A stretch of 34,397 bases of DNA from a bacterium (GCA_963638955.1 CAVHTL010000003.1:6310-40706), one strand, 5' to 3'; shown: positions 7,172 to 18,149, counted from the stretch's first letter. Made by a program: numbers and translations. Notes: a model not told the origin generated them from the sequence alone.

Positions 7172-9421
7172 ATGTTATTCGATGCATGGAAAGGATTCAA
7201 AGGTGGCCACTGGACGAAAGAAGTGAACGTCCGTGACTTCATCCAAGAAAATTACAAGCCGTACGATGGCGATGCCTCATTCTTAGAGGGACCGACAGAG
7301 AATACGAGCTCATTGTGGAACAAGGTGCAAGCCCTTCAAAAAAAGGAGCGCGCGAAAGGTGGAGTGCTTGACATGGAGACGGAAATCGTCTCGAGCATAA
7401 CCTCTTATGGCGCCGCCTATATCGATCAAGATACCAAGGGAAAAGAGAAGGTTGTCGGACTTCAGACTGACAAGCCGCTCAAGCGCGCCTTCATGCCTTA
7501 TGGCGGTATCAAGATGGCTGAGCAAGCCTGCACGACCTATGGCTACACCCCAAACCCTGAGCTTCATAAAATCTTCACCGAGTACCACAAGACCCATAAC
7601 CAAGGCGTCTTTGATGCTTATACTCCAGAAATCATGAAGTGCCGTCATGCCAAAATCTTGACCGGGCTTCCCGATACCTATGGCCGTGGCCGCATCGTCG
7701 GCGACTATCGCCGCGTTGCTCTTTACGGCATCGACTTCCTGATTGAAGAGAAGAAGAAAGACCTCGTTAACTGTGGTGACGGCTCTTTGACCGACGAAGT
7801 TATCCGCCTACGCGAAGAGCTTTCTGAGCAAATCCGTTCCTTAGAGGCAATGAAAGTCATGGCGAATAGCTATGGCTATGACATCTCTAAGCCAGCCACG
7901 AATGCAGCTGAAGCGGTGCAGTGGCTCTACTTTGGCTATTTAGCCGCCATCAAGACGCAAAACGGCGCCGCGATGAGCGTCGGAAGAGTCTCCACCTTCC
8001 TCGATATCTACATCGACCGCGATCTTGAAAACGGAACTATCACCGAGAAAGAGGCCCAAGAGCTCGTTGACCATTTCGTCATGAAACTCAGAATGGTCAA
8101 ATTCGCCCGTATCCCATCTTATAACCAACTCTTCTCCGGCGACCCAGTGTGGGCAACCCTCGAAGTGGCTGGCTTAGGGCAAGACGGCAGAAGCATGGTC
8201 ACCAAAAACGATTTCCGTTTCCTCCATACTTTGGAGAATATGGGACCAGCCCCAGAGCCAAACCTCACCGTCCTTTATTCCAAACGCCTTCCGGAGAACT
8301 TCAAGCATTATGCTGCGAAGATTTCCGTCGATACCTCAGCCATTCAATACGAGAATGATGACGTTATGCGTCCGGTGTGGGGCGATGATTATTCGATCTG
8401 CTGCTGCGTTTCCGCCACCCAAACCGGGAAAGAAATGCAGTTTTTCGGGGCTCGGGCAAACCTCGCCAAATGCTTGCTCTACGCGATCAATGGCGGAGTC
8501 GATGTGAAGACACGCGAACAAGTCGGGCCAGCTTATACTCCAATCAGCTCCGAATATCTTGATTACGATACGGTCGTAGCCAAATACGACAAGATGATGG
8601 ATTGGCTTGTTGGCGTTTATGTCAATGCCCTCAACCTTATTCACTACATGCACGATAAATATTATTATGAGGCCGCCGAGATGGCTCTTATCGACACCGA
8701 TGTGAGACGTACTTTCGCCACTGGCATCGCTGGCTTCAGCCACGTCGTTGATTCCTTAAGTGCGATCAAATACGCCAAAGTCAAGACCGTGCGCGATGAA
8801 ACGGGAATCTGCGTCGATTATGAGATTGAAGGCGATTTCCCACGTTATGGCAACGATGATGACAGGGCTGATGATATCGCCGTGTGGTTGCTCAAAACCT
8901 TCATGGAAAAGCTCAAGAAGCATCATACCTATCGCAATTCCGAACCGACCACTTCGATCCTCACAATCACTTCGAACGTCGTATACGGGAAAGCCACTGG
9001 CTCAATGCCTGATGGAAGAAAAGCGGGCGAGCCGCTCTCTCCGGGCGCTAACCCAGCCTATGGAGCCGAGAAAAACGGGCTTCTTGCCTCGCTCAACTCC
9101 GTCGCCAAGCTTCCTTATGAGTATGCCTTGGACGGTATCTCCAACACTCAGACGATTTCTCCTAACGCTTTAGGCCACAACGAGGAAGAGAGAGTCAATA
9201 CCCTTACAAATGTCCTCGACGGTTACTTTGAGAAAGGCGCTCATCACCTCAACGTCAACGTGTTTGGCTTAGATAAGCTCAAAGACGCGATGGAGCATCC
9301 TGAGAAAGAGGAATACGCCAACTTCACGATCCGTGTCTCTGGCTACGCCGTCAAGTTCATCGATCTTACAAAAGAACAACAGCTTGACGTCATCGCAAGA
9401 AACGCTCACGAAAGCATGTAA
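7172..9421 (+). CDS. pflB: Formate C-acetyltransferase (pyruvate formate-lyase)
   Basis: 749 aa. N-terminal [23 protein letters not shown], active-site CCVS, C-terminal glycyl-radical motif [20 protein letters not shown]. Confidence 0.96.
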   Translation: MLFDAWKGFKGGHWTKEVNVRDFIQENYKPYDGDASFLEGPTENTSSLWNKVQALQKKERAKGGVLDMETEIVSSITSYGAAYIDQDTKGKEKVVGLQTDKPLKRAFMPYGGIKMAEQACTTYGYTPNPELHKIFTEYHKTHNQGVFDAYTPEIMKCRHAKILTGLPDTYGRGRIVGDYRRVALYGIDFLIEEKKKDLVNCGDGSLTDEVIRLREELSEQIRSLEAMKVMANSYGYDISKPATNAAEAVQWLYFGYLAAIKTQNGAAMSVGRVSTFLDIYIDRDLENGTITEKEAQELVDHFVMKLRMVKFARIPSYNQLFSGDPVWATLEVAGLGQDGRSMVTKNDFRFLHTLENMGPAPEPNLTVLYSKRLPENFKHYAAKISVDTSAIQYENDDVMRPVWGDDYSICCCVSATQTGKEMQFFGARANLAKCLLYAINGGVDVKTREQVGPAYTPISSEYLDYDTVVAKYDKMMDWLVGVYVNALNLIHYMHDKYYYEAAEMALIDTDVRRTFATGIAGFSHVVDSLSAIKYAKVKTVRDETGICVDYEIEGDFPRYGNDDDRADDIAVWLLKTFMEKLKKHHTYRNSEPTTSILTITSNVVYGKATGSMPDGRKAGEPLSPGANPAYGAEKNGLLASLNSVAKLPYEYALDGISNTQTISPNALGHNEEERVNTLTNVLDGYFEKGAHHLNVNVFGLDKLKDAMEHPEKEEYANFTIRVSGYAVKFIDLTKEQQLDVIARNAHESM

Positions 9422-9908
9422 AGCGAAAAAGGAGGTCTTCAGAATGAAGAAGGCCTTCTTTTCTTTTTACTCTCTTTGTAGAAGGTGCAACTTCCTTTTT
9501 GCGCAACGTTTTTAGGGACGACCTATCTAGCAGCCGATGGTTTCTTAATGGCGACGGTGAAAAGAGACTTAAACAGCTAAATAAAGCACGTGAATAAGCA
9601 AAATCCGGAAATTAGAGCCGTTTTTGCATTCTTTTAGTGATTTGAATCCGTGAGCGCCATTTTGGTCGCGTCAAATTCGGCATTTGCTCCCCTCGAAGCC
9701 AAGTCATCGTTTGATTGAAGCGGTGGCCTTTTAAAAAAGGTTTTGCGGCGTTTTTTGAATCTAGACGAGGATTAAGCGACATCTTTGTATTTGACGGACG
9801 CTTTTCTTTTTCTTCGCAAAAAGGCCTCATTTTTAAAAGAGGGAATCAAAAAAACATAATGATTACGCAAATTTGGTTCGTGTTTTGAGGGGATTTATAT
9901 TTTGAAGC

Positions 9909-9935
9909 AAAAAAGCCGTCTCGCGTTGAGACGGC
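9909..9935 (-). terminator. Intrinsic terminator at the end of the opp-protease operon
   Basis: Minus strand GCCGTCTC-AACGC-GAGACGGC followed by TTTTTT, about 20 nt after the stop of the 9958-11667 gene. Confidence 0.8.
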
Positions 9936-9957
9936 CATTCTCATTCAAGTTGCCGAA

Positions 9958-11667
9958 TTAGATTAGTTTGACTTTGATGGTGGCAACGGCTCCGTAAGTG
10001 GCATCTTCTTTGATGTTTGTCACGCGGAAGCTGTAGTCGCAAGTCATCGTCTCGTCAATGGTATATTCTTGATTGAGTTTTTTCTTGTTGGTTATTTTCT
10101 TGGCTTTATTCCAAAGAGCGCTTTGGCTCGGCATATAGACGGTTGCTCTATCTTTTCCGCCCGTATCCTTTAAATTGAAGGTGCTGTTTTTGCGGAAGAG
10201 GGAGGAATTGGAAGCTTTGTAAGTCGAATTGGTTTGAGCATTCACGTCGCTCCATGTGGCTTCGAGGATGGAAAGCTGGCTATAGCTGCGTTTGATGTTC
10301 TTCTCGGTCGTCCAATAGTCGCCGTCCTTTCCGCGCCCGAATTTGGAGTTGTCGTTTCTTAAATCAAAGGCGTTTTGCCCGACTTCATCCGGCGTGGAGA
10401 ATACTTCTTCCTCGGCAAAGCTCTTGACGGAGGTGGCTCGCGCATCAACGTGCCACACCCTGATTCCGTATTCGGTGAAGCCGTATTTGTTGGTGTAGTC
10501 TTTCTTGCACAATCCGTATGGGCCGACGAGTTCAACCATCATGTATTCGTCAAAGGCGGTGCCGTTATAGTCAGGGGAGGCCAAAACGAGGCAATCACCA
10601 GAAGTAGTGGCAAGATTTAAGGTGATTTCGGCTTCCTTTCCGCCTTCAAGATCCTCTTCTTTGAGGACCCATGGGTTGACCCAGCCATAAGCGAATTTGC
10701 TGTAGCTATTGTGGTCGCCGACATTCTGATCCATATAGTCGATTCCGCCTGCAGGGCTCCACTCATGGTTATAGTCATAATAATCGTCCATGCCCAAGGT
10801 ATGACCGGTTTCGTGGATGAAGGTGCGCGATTCGTAGCCATTGCTCCCTTCGGCAAGGAAATTGGTACTAGCCCAAGCCAGAGTCTGGACGGTTGGGCTC
10901 GTTATCGTTCCCTTGGCGTTTCCCGTATAAGTCACATAAGCCCACCAGAAATTGGTGTCGTTTGATGTGTAAGGATAAGCGTAGACGTTCCAGATAAGAT
11001 CGATAAAGCCGTCATCATCGCTGTCGAGATCATCGAGAGAATAGGCATCTGCCCCGAGTGCTCCGTGATTTTCTTTGGCATATTCTGCGATATACCATGT
11101 CCTGACTCTTTCGGCAGCTGAAACTCCAGCTTGCCCGCCGGATGATTTGACGTATTCGGTCGGGGTTTCGCCGAAGTCAATCCAGGTTGGGATCATGACG
11201 ACGTCGAAGGCACCGTGGCCGAACGAACTTTGCTCGTAGAAACTTTTGACGGAAATCGTGCCATTGACCGCAGCTACTTCTTCATCAGTGCCGGTGAACG
11301 TTATGCGGATTCTCTCCAAAAGGGCATCGTTGGCGTCAATCGTGTCATTTACGTCAGTCGCGTCTTTCTTGAATTTGATCGGGGCCACGAGCAGTTTTTG
11401 TTTTTTGCCATTTGTCGGATAGCTATTGACGTGCGGGCTTCCTGCGTTGGCGTAAAGCTGGGAGCGGGTAAGTTTTTGCGTTTTGCCGCTTGCGTCGGTG
11501 TATTCGGTCACACCTTTGCTGAGGTCATCGTTTGTGATGACGCTTGTAGCTGAAGAAGAGCTGCTTTTGGAGCTCGAAGAGGAGGAAGAAGATTCCCCGC
11601 TGCAGCTAGAAAGGGCGGCCATGACCCCGAAGAGGGCCAATAAGGTGACTTTCTTGATGTTTTTCAT
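9958..11667 (-). CDS. Lipoprotein zinc metallopeptidase (HExxHxxGxxD; M6/InhA-like domain)
   Basis: 569 aa. Signal peptide with lipobox ALSS-C22, a poly-Ser linker, then FIHETGHTLGMDDYYDY (His codon at 10813-10815). AAGGAG RBS. Paralog of 23635-25374. Confidence 0.7.
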   Translation of the reverse strand: MKNIKKVTLLALFGVMAALSSCSGESSSSSSSSKSSSSSATSVITNDDLSKGVTEYTDASGKTQKLTRSQLYANAGSPHVNSYPTNGKKQKLLVAPIKFKKDATDVNDTIDANDALLERIRITFTGTDEEVAAVNGTISVKSFYEQSSFGHGAFDVVMIPTWIDFGETPTEYVKSSGGQAGVSAAERVRTWYIAEYAKENHGALGADAYSLDDLDSDDDGFIDLIWNVYAYPYTSNDTNFWWAYVTYTGNAKGTITSPTVQTLAWASTNFLAEGSNGYESRTFIHETGHTLGMDDYYDYNHEWSPAGGIDYMDQNVGDHNSYSKFAYGWVNPWVLKEEDLEGGKEAEITLNLATTSGDCLVLASPDYNGTAFDEYMMVELVGPYGLCKKDYTNKYGFTEYGIRVWHVDARATSVKSFAEEEVFSTPDEVGQNAFDLRNDNSKFGRGKDGDYWTTEKNIKRSYSQLSILEATWSDVNAQTNSTYKASNSSLFRKNSTFNLKDTGGKDRATVYMPSQSALWNKAKKITNKKKLNQEYTIDETMTCDYSFRVTNIKEDATYGAVATIKVKLI

Positions 11668-11681
11668 AATGCTTATCTCCT

Positions 11682-12137
11682 TTATTTCGTTTTGTAGATG
11701 ATGTAGAGAACGATTCCTATGGCAAGGAAGAATGCCCCTACGAAGAGGAGAGCGAAGGCCGGCTTGCGGGACTCGCTGTCCTTTAAGAGCTTATAGTCGT
11801 AATAAGTCGCGGGGAAACCCTGGGCTTTGAAGTGGGGCTTGAAGACGGTGTAGATGATTGTCTTCAATGAATAGGCGAGGAAGTCGAAGGCTCCTAGAGT
11901 CGAGAAGAACTGAAGGAGGAAGAAGAGAATCATTAGGAGTCCAGACAAAGCGAAGCAGTCAACGGATATCGCTAGAGCGTTTGTTTGATATCCTGCGGAT
12001 GTCTGGGAGAAATATTCGATGATTCCGATGATAAGGCCCACGATAGAGGCAAGGAGGAAACTTATGGCGAAGCTTATCCAGAAACCTCTGCTGAAGAAGG
12101 GCTCTTTTTGCTTTTTGCTCTCGTCCTTCTCGCTCAT
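11682..12137 (-). CDS. Small integral membrane protein (about 4 TM, DUF3899-like), function unknown
   Basis: 151 aa with four hydrophobic segments. Its ATG overlaps the oppF stop (ATGA), and it ends 14 nt before the protease gene. Confidence 0.6.
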   Translation of the reverse strand: MSEKDESKKQKEPFFSRGFWISFAISFLLASIVGLIIGIIEYFSQTSAGYQTNALAISVDCFALSGLLMILFFLLQFFSTLGAFDFLAYSLKTIIYTVFKPHFKAQGFPATYYDYKLLKDSESRKPAFALLFVGAFFLAIGIVLYIIYKTK

Positions 12138-13618
12138 TTCTTTAACTCTTTGAGGTAGCGTTCCGCTTCTTCGTCATTGCACCTGACGAAGTGTCCGGGC
12201 GCTAATTCGCGGAATGTTGGCCCTTGCAAGGAATAGTCGTGGCTTTCCGCAGGGTTATAGAGGATTCTTTGCCTATTGCTTTCCGTGATTGGATCAGGGC
12301 AAGGAACGGCCGAGAGAAGCGATTTGGTGTAAGGGTGGAGAGGATGGGCGAAGAGCTCATCGCTGCTCGCTAACTCAACGAGATTGCCATAATACATGAC
12401 GGCGATCTTGTCGCAGAAGTATTTGACGACGCTCAAGTTGTGGGCGATGAAGATAATCGTTAGACCCAAAGTGTTTCTGAGACTATTGAGAAGGTTTATG
12501 ACCTGCGCTTGGACAGATACATCAAGGGCGCTCACCGGTTCATCGGCAACGATTAACTCAGGATTCATGATAATCGCGCGAGCGATGCCGATTCTTTGCC
12601 TTTGCCCTCCTGAGAATTCATGGGGGTAACGGTTTGCGTGCTCAGGCACCAAGCCGACGAGCTCTAAGACGCGCGAAACTTCCTTGTTGATGAATTCCTT
12701 GTCGTGGCAGCCTTGAATCACGAGCCCTTCGGCAATGATGTTGCGTACGGTCATGCGTGGGTCAAGAGAGGCTATTGGGTCTTGGAAGATCATCTGGATT
12801 TTAGAGGCCAGATTCGCGTGCTTGGCTTTATGCATCTCCTCTTTGTAGAGCTTATAGGAAGCAAGGTCTTCTTCGGAGAGAGCCTCGGTGCTTGTTGCAT
12901 TCACTCTTTCAAGGAGGTCATGATATTTGTCGTTGACCTTCTTTATCTCTTTCTCGGCGATGTTTTTGTCGTAATTTTTGTTGTCTTTTTTGGCTTGCGC
13001 GATTTTGTCGCGTTGAATGGAACAAATGCCTTCCGCTTTCTCTTTCTCCTCTTTTATTCTTTCGTCGATAGAAGAGATGGCATAGGCGTATTCATCGTGA
13101 AGCGCCTTTTTCTCATCGTAAGAAGGGATGGAAGGATCGGATAATTCTTTCAGAGCCTTTTTCAATGTTACTTGAGCGCCAAATTTAGAAGCGTAGGAAG
13201 CAAGATACTCGTTTCTTTTACTCTCCTTCTCCTTATTGAGGCTCTTTAGGGCTTCTTTTAAGCGGATGTTGGTGTACTTGATTTCCTTTTCGTTCCATCT
13301 AGTGCCTGCCGCGATGCGCGTCCCCTCAAGCCAAATGTCGCCTGAGGTTATTTTGTAAAGTTTCATGATGTCGCGCCCGGTGGTGGTTTTCCCGCATCCC
13401 GATTCGCCGACAAGACCGAATACCTCTCCTTTGTAGACGGAGAAGGAGACGTCGTGGACGGCTTTTAGGTACTTATTCGGCCCTTTGCCCCCCGCAAAGC
13501 GGAAGTATTGCTTCAAATGGCGGACTTCCAAGAGTTTTTCCGCGTGCTCGTAATCGAATTTTTTCTGAAATTCCTTCCTTTCAGGAGATTCTTTTTTCGT
13601 GGTTTTTGTTTCAGCCAT
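12134..13618 (-). CDS. oppF: Oligopeptide ABC transporter ATP-binding protein OppF with K/E-rich insertion
   Basis: 494 aa. Walker A GESGCGKTT, Q-loop IQMIFQDP, signature FSGGQRQRIGIARA, Walker B LIVADEPVSALD, and a C-terminal oligopeptide-type extension. About 200 aa separate Walker A from the Q-loop. Confidence 0.88.
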   Translation of the reverse strand: MAETKTTKKESPERKEFQKKFDYEHAEKLLEVRHLKQYFRFAGGKGPNKYLKAVHDVSFSVYKGEVFGLVGESGCGKTTTGRDIMKLYKITSGDIWLEGTRIAAGTRWNEKEIKYTNIRLKEALKSLNKEKESKRNEYLASYASKFGAQVTLKKALKELSDPSIPSYDEKKALHDEYAYAISSIDERIKEEKEKAEGICSIQRDKIAQAKKDNKNYDKNIAEKEIKKVNDKYHDLLERVNATSTEALSEEDLASYKLYKEEMHKAKHANLASKIQMIFQDPIASLDPRMTVRNIIAEGLVIQGCHDKEFINKEVSRVLELVGLVPEHANRYPHEFSGGQRQRIGIARAIIMNPELIVADEPVSALDVSVQAQVINLLNSLRNTLGLTIIFIAHNLSVVKYFCDKIAVMYYGNLVELASSDELFAHPLHPYTKSLLSAVPCPDPITESNRQRILYNPAESHDYSLQGPTFRELAPGHFVRCNDEEAERYLKELKK

Positions 13619-15422
13619 TGTGTTTCTCCTTCTTAAGGTCGTTCAAAATCGAATTTTTGCGATTCGTTGGTTGTGGGGTGAATTCCGGGTGGGCGCTCAA
13701 AGCGTTTTGGATACGTTCGATGACGATGTCGCTTGCTTTGAAATCCGGCGCATCTTCATGGAGGTTCCATGTCGCAGCGTAATGGGTCGGGGAGACCTCA
13801 AAGAAAGGAGGCTGCTTCTTTAAATCGATCGCTAAAGCATGCGGGTTGCGCGCGGCGAAAGCATCTCCTTTTGGAGGAAGAAGCATATTCGGCGGGGTGC
13901 CAGGGATCGCGCTCAATTGCTCTTTGGTGTTTAAATCAGGCATGGAGCCAAGCAAAGCCAAAGTGTAGGGATGACGGGGGTCGTAGAAGATTTCCGTATC
14001 GGTGCCATATTCGACGATTTTGCCAGCGTACATGACGGCGATGTCATCGGCCATATTGGCGACGACTCCTAAATCGTGGGTGATGAAGACGATAGAGAGA
14101 TTCCTCTCCTTTTTGAGTTTATTGATGAGTTCTAGAATTTGCGCTTGGATAGTGACATCAAGAGCGGTGGTAGGCTCATCGCAAATGAGAATCTCGGGCG
14201 AAGAGCAGAGAGCGATCGCGATGACGATGCGCTGCCTCATTCCGCCGGATAGCTCGAATGGGTACTGCTTAAAGCGTCTTTCAGGCTCAGCGATGCCAAC
14301 CTCGCCCATCATTTTGATGGCTCTTTCCTTGATTTGCTTGCTCGATTCGATATGGGTGGCTTTTTTGATGGCCTCTTCATATTCTTTGACCGCTTTATCG
14401 GTAAGATCGTCAAGCTTGCTCATTCCGTCTTTTTTGAGCTCCTCGAGATGGGAGATTAACTCATTTAGGGCGGTGCGGAGACGGTTATCGAGCTCTTTTT
14501 TGCTCGGAATGATTTCCGGCAGTTTGGCGCGCTCAGAAGGGGGGAGAGAGTAAAAGTCATCCACGCCCGCTTTTTTGTAAGCCGCTTCAAGTCTAGTAGA
14601 GGCCTTCGCGTATGATTTTGCGGAAACGAGGATGTCTTTGAGGATGACGGGGAAGACCTCAATTACGTTATCCTTGTCGCTTAAGATATTGAGGCTGCAG
14701 GAAAGGATGGCTTTGTATAACGGCTTTATCTTCGCGATGGTGAGAGGAATATTAGTCTCGCCGTCTTTGAAAGCTTCATCGACAATGGCGATGAGTTTTG
14801 GATAAACATCATCGATGGCTTTTAAGCGTCTTGATAAATCTTTCTTGACCGCCTCAAGGAAAAGGGGACGGTGCTTGGCTGGAGCAACGGATATCGAGTA
14901 GAGAGTCTCTCCGTTTGAGGTTTTCTCTTTATGGACTTTGCTTCCCTTCACGAAAGCGAGAGTCTCTTCGTCTTTGTTTGAAAGAAGGAGAAGCTTATTG
15001 AGGCGTTTGATGTCTTTATGCGCCTCTTTGAGGTCGCTTTTTTGCTTCAAGACCATGGCCTCGGTGAGCTGTTTTCCCACGATCATGATCGGATTGAGGG
15101 AGGAGAGAGGGTCTTGAAAAATCATTGAGATCTTCACGCCCCTGATTTTGTGGAAGTGCTCTTCGTCGATCTTCAAAAGATCTTGCCCGTTATAGACTAT
15201 CTGCCCGCCTTCGATGATTCTGTTTTTCGCCAAAATGCCCAGAATCGCCTTCGAGGTGACGGATTTGCCTGAACCCGATTCGCCGACGATTGCAAGCGTC
15301 CTGCCTCTAAAAAGAGAGAAAGAGATGCCGCGTACGGCCTTGACCGTGCCGCCATTCGTTTTGAAGGAGATGCGAAGGTCTTTTACTTCGAGGATTTTAT
15401 CGTTCGTGTAGTTCTGTTCCAT
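13611..15422 (-). CDS. oppD: Oligopeptide ABC transporter ATP-binding protein OppD with large helical-domain insertion
   Basis: 603 aa. Walker A GESGSGKSV, Q-loop ISMIFQDP, signature LSGGMRQRIVIA, Walker B ILICDEPTTALD. About 288 aa separate the Q-loop from the signature. Overlaps oppF by 8 nt. Confidence 0.88.
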   Translation of the reverse strand: MEQNYTNDKILEVKDLRISFKTNGGTVKAVRGISFSLFRGRTLAIVGESGSGKSVTSKAILGILAKNRIIEGGQIVYNGQDLLKIDEEHFHKIRGVKISMIFQDPLSSLNPIMIVGKQLTEAMVLKQKSDLKEAHKDIKRLNKLLLLSNKDEETLAFVKGSKVHKEKTSNGETLYSISVAPAKHRPLFLEAVKKDLSRRLKAIDDVYPKLIAIVDEAFKDGETNIPLTIAKIKPLYKAILSCSLNILSDKDNVIEVFPVILKDILVSAKSYAKASTRLEAAYKKAGVDDFYSLPPSERAKLPEIIPSKKELDNRLRTALNELISHLEELKKDGMSKLDDLTDKAVKEYEEAIKKATHIESSKQIKERAIKMMGEVGIAEPERRFKQYPFELSGGMRQRIVIAIALCSSPEILICDEPTTALDVTIQAQILELINKLKKERNLSIVFITHDLGVVANMADDIAVMYAGKIVEYGTDTEIFYDPRHPYTLALLGSMPDLNTKEQLSAIPGTPPNMLLPPKGDAFAARNPHALAIDLKKQPPFFEVSPTHYAATWNLHEDAPDFKASDIVIERIQNALSAHPEFTPQPTNRKNSILNDLKKEKHNG

Positions 15423-17092
15423 TAATCGTCAGCTCCTTTCAAAGACGTATTGAAGGCGTCGCGCAAACCGTTGCCGAAGAGATTGAAGCAGATCATGAGC
15501 AAGGAAATGATGATGCAAGGGAAGAGCAAAACGTGAGGGTTAGTGCTCAAGCCAGCCGTTTGCCCTTCACTTAACAGGGTGCCAATCGAGGAGAGATTTG
15601 ATTTGCTGAAATCAACGATACCCAAGAAAGAAAGGGTGGATTCGGAGAAAATGACGCCTGGGATCATGAGGACGCTGCTAGTGATCAAAGTGCCGATGGC
15701 GTTCGGCAAAATGTGGCGGAAGATAAGACGAGCGTCTTTCGCGCCCAAAGTGCGGGAAGCCAAAACGTATTCCTGACCTTTGAAGCGGTAGAATTGCATA
15801 CGCGTCGTGCCCGCTACGCCAATCCAGCCTGAATAAACGAAGGCGATGAGGAAGGCCAAGATAAGGACCCCTGACTCGCCAATGCTCGCTTTGAGGGCGA
15901 TATTGTTGGTGAATTGAATCGAGCAAATGGTCAGAATGATGATTGAAGGAATATTCGAGATAATGTCGGTGACCCGCTCCATTGTCATATCGACGTAGCC
16001 GCCGTAATATCCGGAAATCGCGCCCCAGATGAGGCCGATAATGAAGTTGATCGCGCTGATGACGATACCGAGGAGAAGGGAAAACCTCGTCCCTTGAGCT
16101 AGGCGCAGGAAAATGTCTTGCCCAGCGCCGTTGGTACCAAATAGGAAGCGCGGCTCAAAGCCGTTTTTCCAGGTGAAATAATCGTAATAGTCCACGCGCG
16201 CATTGTATTTTCCACCGGCTGAGGTTGGTTCGGCATAAGTGCCGTCATCGTTCATTTTGTAAATCGAGACGGGCTTATTGTCTTTGTCAAAGACCGGCGT
16301 AAAGACGGAGGAATTGTAGACTCCGGAGGCGCTTTTCGCGGTCAAAGCGTAATAGATGCGTTTGTTGTTGTTGTAGTATGAGGTCATGTTCTCGATGATG
16401 TTGCTGATCATCGAATCGCTGAGTTCTGCCCCGGCTTCTTTCTCTTCGAGGAGTTGTGCCCTATAAGAGACAAGATAAGAAGCGCTGTCGACAAGATGCT
16501 TGAGGATGGTCGGCTTACCTTCCTCTACGCGCTTGGCATCATATTCTTTAAGCTCGGTGTATTCGCTTTCGCTTAGCCTCACTTCCTTATTGCCAACGGC
16601 ATATGTGTCGTAGCGGATCACGTAGGTGGTGAAAGTCACGGAAGCCACTTTTCTGACGCTGCTGCTTTCCGTTTTCACGTAGTAAGGGTGATTCGAATCA
16701 TCGTAGATAAGGGTGTTAAGCTCATCCTCGGCAATCGTTTTCGTTTTGGTGCCATCCCAGAAGCCAGTCCCCGCAAACCAGGAGCAATAGGGAGTGGCGT
16801 ATTGGAACTCCGCATCGCCAAAACCGTTAGGGTAACTGACGGCGTCAACATGGGCCGTAGGCATTATAAACGGCACGATAATGCCGTATAGGGCGATGAT
16901 AAGGATGATGGCGGCCCCGATGATGGAGGCTTTGTTTTTGGCAAAGCGGTTGAAGGAGTCGCGCAAAAAACTGACGGGTTTTGTCTCAAAGGCCTGATCG
17001 TGGAGATTGTCATGGTTAGGCACTTCTTTGAAGAGCGATTTATCGAGTTTCTCTTCAGTTGCGGGTTGCATGATTCTGTTCTCGTTTTCCAT
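15422..17092 (-). CDS. oppC: Oligopeptide ABC transporter permease OppC with about 250-aa extracytoplasmic loop
   Basis: 556 aa. TM1 near residues 56-78, then a long hydrophilic stretch before the conserved GTNGAGQDIFLRL motif and the BPD-transporter core. 1-nt overlaps (TAATG) with oppB and oppD. Confidence 0.85.
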   Translation of the reverse strand: MENENRIMQPATEEKLDKSLFKEVPNHDNLHDQAFETKPVSFLRDSFNRFAKNKASIIGAAIILIIALYGIIVPFIMPTAHVDAVSYPNGFGDAEFQYATPYCSWFAGTGFWDGTKTKTIAEDELNTLIYDDSNHPYYVKTESSSVRKVASVTFTTYVIRYDTYAVGNKEVRLSESEYTELKEYDAKRVEEGKPTILKHLVDSASYLVSYRAQLLEEKEAGAELSDSMISNIIENMTSYYNNNKRIYYALTAKSASGVYNSSVFTPVFDKDNKPVSIYKMNDDGTYAEPTSAGGKYNARVDYYDYFTWKNGFEPRFLFGTNGAGQDIFLRLAQGTRFSLLLGIVISAINFIIGLIWGAISGYYGGYVDMTMERVTDIISNIPSIIILTICSIQFTNNIALKASIGESGVLILAFLIAFVYSGWIGVAGTTRMQFYRFKGQEYVLASRTLGAKDARLIFRHILPNAIGTLITSSVLMIPGVIFSESTLSFLGIVDFSKSNLSSIGTLLSEGQTAGLSTNPHVLLFPCIIISLLMICFNLFGNGLRDAFNTSLKGADD

Positions 17093-18123
17093 TATTTTTT
17101 GCTCCCCATTCTGATGCGTGGATCCACTAAACCGTAAGAAACGTCGACGACGAGAGTGCCGACGAGTCCAATCGCGATATAGAACATCGAGACGAATTGG
17201 AAGACGTCGTAGTCGCGTTTTTGAATCGAGGCAAGGTATAAAGCGCCAACGCCAGGGACGTTGAAGATGTTCTCGATGATAAGCGACCCTGACAAAACGC
17301 TGATGATGGTGCCGAGAATCATCGGGAAAATCGGGACCAAAGAGTTGCGGAAGGCGTGACGGATCGTGGCTTGCGAGCGCGTTAAGCCTTTGGTTCTAGC
17401 AAGCAGCATGAAATCGCTTGTGAGAACCTCGGTTAGCTCAGCCCTCGTGTAACGGGCAAAGCCGGCGATGGAGCCGAAACTCATCGCGAGGACTGGCAAA
17501 ATCATCGCCTTGAACATCTGCGGGTCAAACCAGCCGCCCGGGAGTTCGCTCACGACTGGCAAAGTGGCTGGGAGCTTGAAGGCGTCCGAGACTTGATAAG
17601 CGAAGATGTTCTGCAATAAGAAGGCATAAACGAAACTTGGCACGGATATAAATAGCATGACCACGATATTGAGGACGTGATCTTCCCATTTGTTTTTCTT
17701 AAGCGCCATGAAAATGCCTAGGCCAATGCCTAAAGGAATCGAGATAATCATCGAATAGACGTTGATTAAAATAGTCGGCGGCATCTTCGAGAAAAGGATG
17801 TGCTCTGGGGTGTCGAGCCACTGAATGTAGTAGGAATAGCCCCAAGGCGCTTCGTTTCCGGGCGTGAAAAGGCCCTTCAAGAATGAGCCGAGCTGCTCAA
17901 AAACCGGAACGGTGACGTAAGAAGAGGTGGCTTCATCGTACTTCATCCTGCCTTGAGCCACCATGCGGAGATAAAAGACCTCAGGGTCTTTCATGCCAGT
18001 GTCAATGGAAATTGGTAGCATCCTCACCATGATGAAGCAGATGAAGAAAATGACGATGAAAGTGAACGCCATAAGCACAAGGCGCTGCAGGATATAAATT
18101 AGTGTTTGTTTTGTCTGTCTCAT
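17092..18123 (-). CDS. oppB: Oligopeptide ABC transporter permease OppB
   Basis: 343 aa. N-terminal YILQRLVLM-type start, EAA-like region ARTKGLTRSQATIRHAFRNSLVPI, and typical OppB/DppB topology. Confidence 0.88.
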   Translation of the reverse strand: MRQTKQTLIYILQRLVLMAFTFIVIFFICFIMVRMLPISIDTGMKDPEVFYLRMVAQGRMKYDEATSSYVTVPVFEQLGSFLKGLFTPGNEAPWGYSYYIQWLDTPEHILFSKMPPTILINVYSMIISIPLGIGLGIFMALKKNKWEDHVLNIVVMLFISVPSFVYAFLLQNIFAYQVSDAFKLPATLPVVSELPGGWFDPQMFKAMILPVLAMSFGSIAGFARYTRAELTEVLTSDFMLLARTKGLTRSQATIRHAFRNSLVPIFPMILGTIISVLSGSLIIENIFNVPGVGALYLASIQKRDYDVFQFVSMFYIAIGLVGTLVVDVSYGLVDPRIRMGSKK

Positions 18124-18149
18124 TTTTAACTATGTGATGATACTACAAT

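Noticed and set aside
6362-9421. pflA located upstream of pflB (the reverse of the E. coli order)
   Set aside because: Gene order varies among Firmicutes. Both genes look intact and ordinary, so this is not noteworthy.
9612-9830. 72-aa basic ORF in the pflB/opp convergent gap
   Set aside because: No RBS, an extreme K/R content, and no recognisable motif. I treated it as non-coding and flagged the gap separately.
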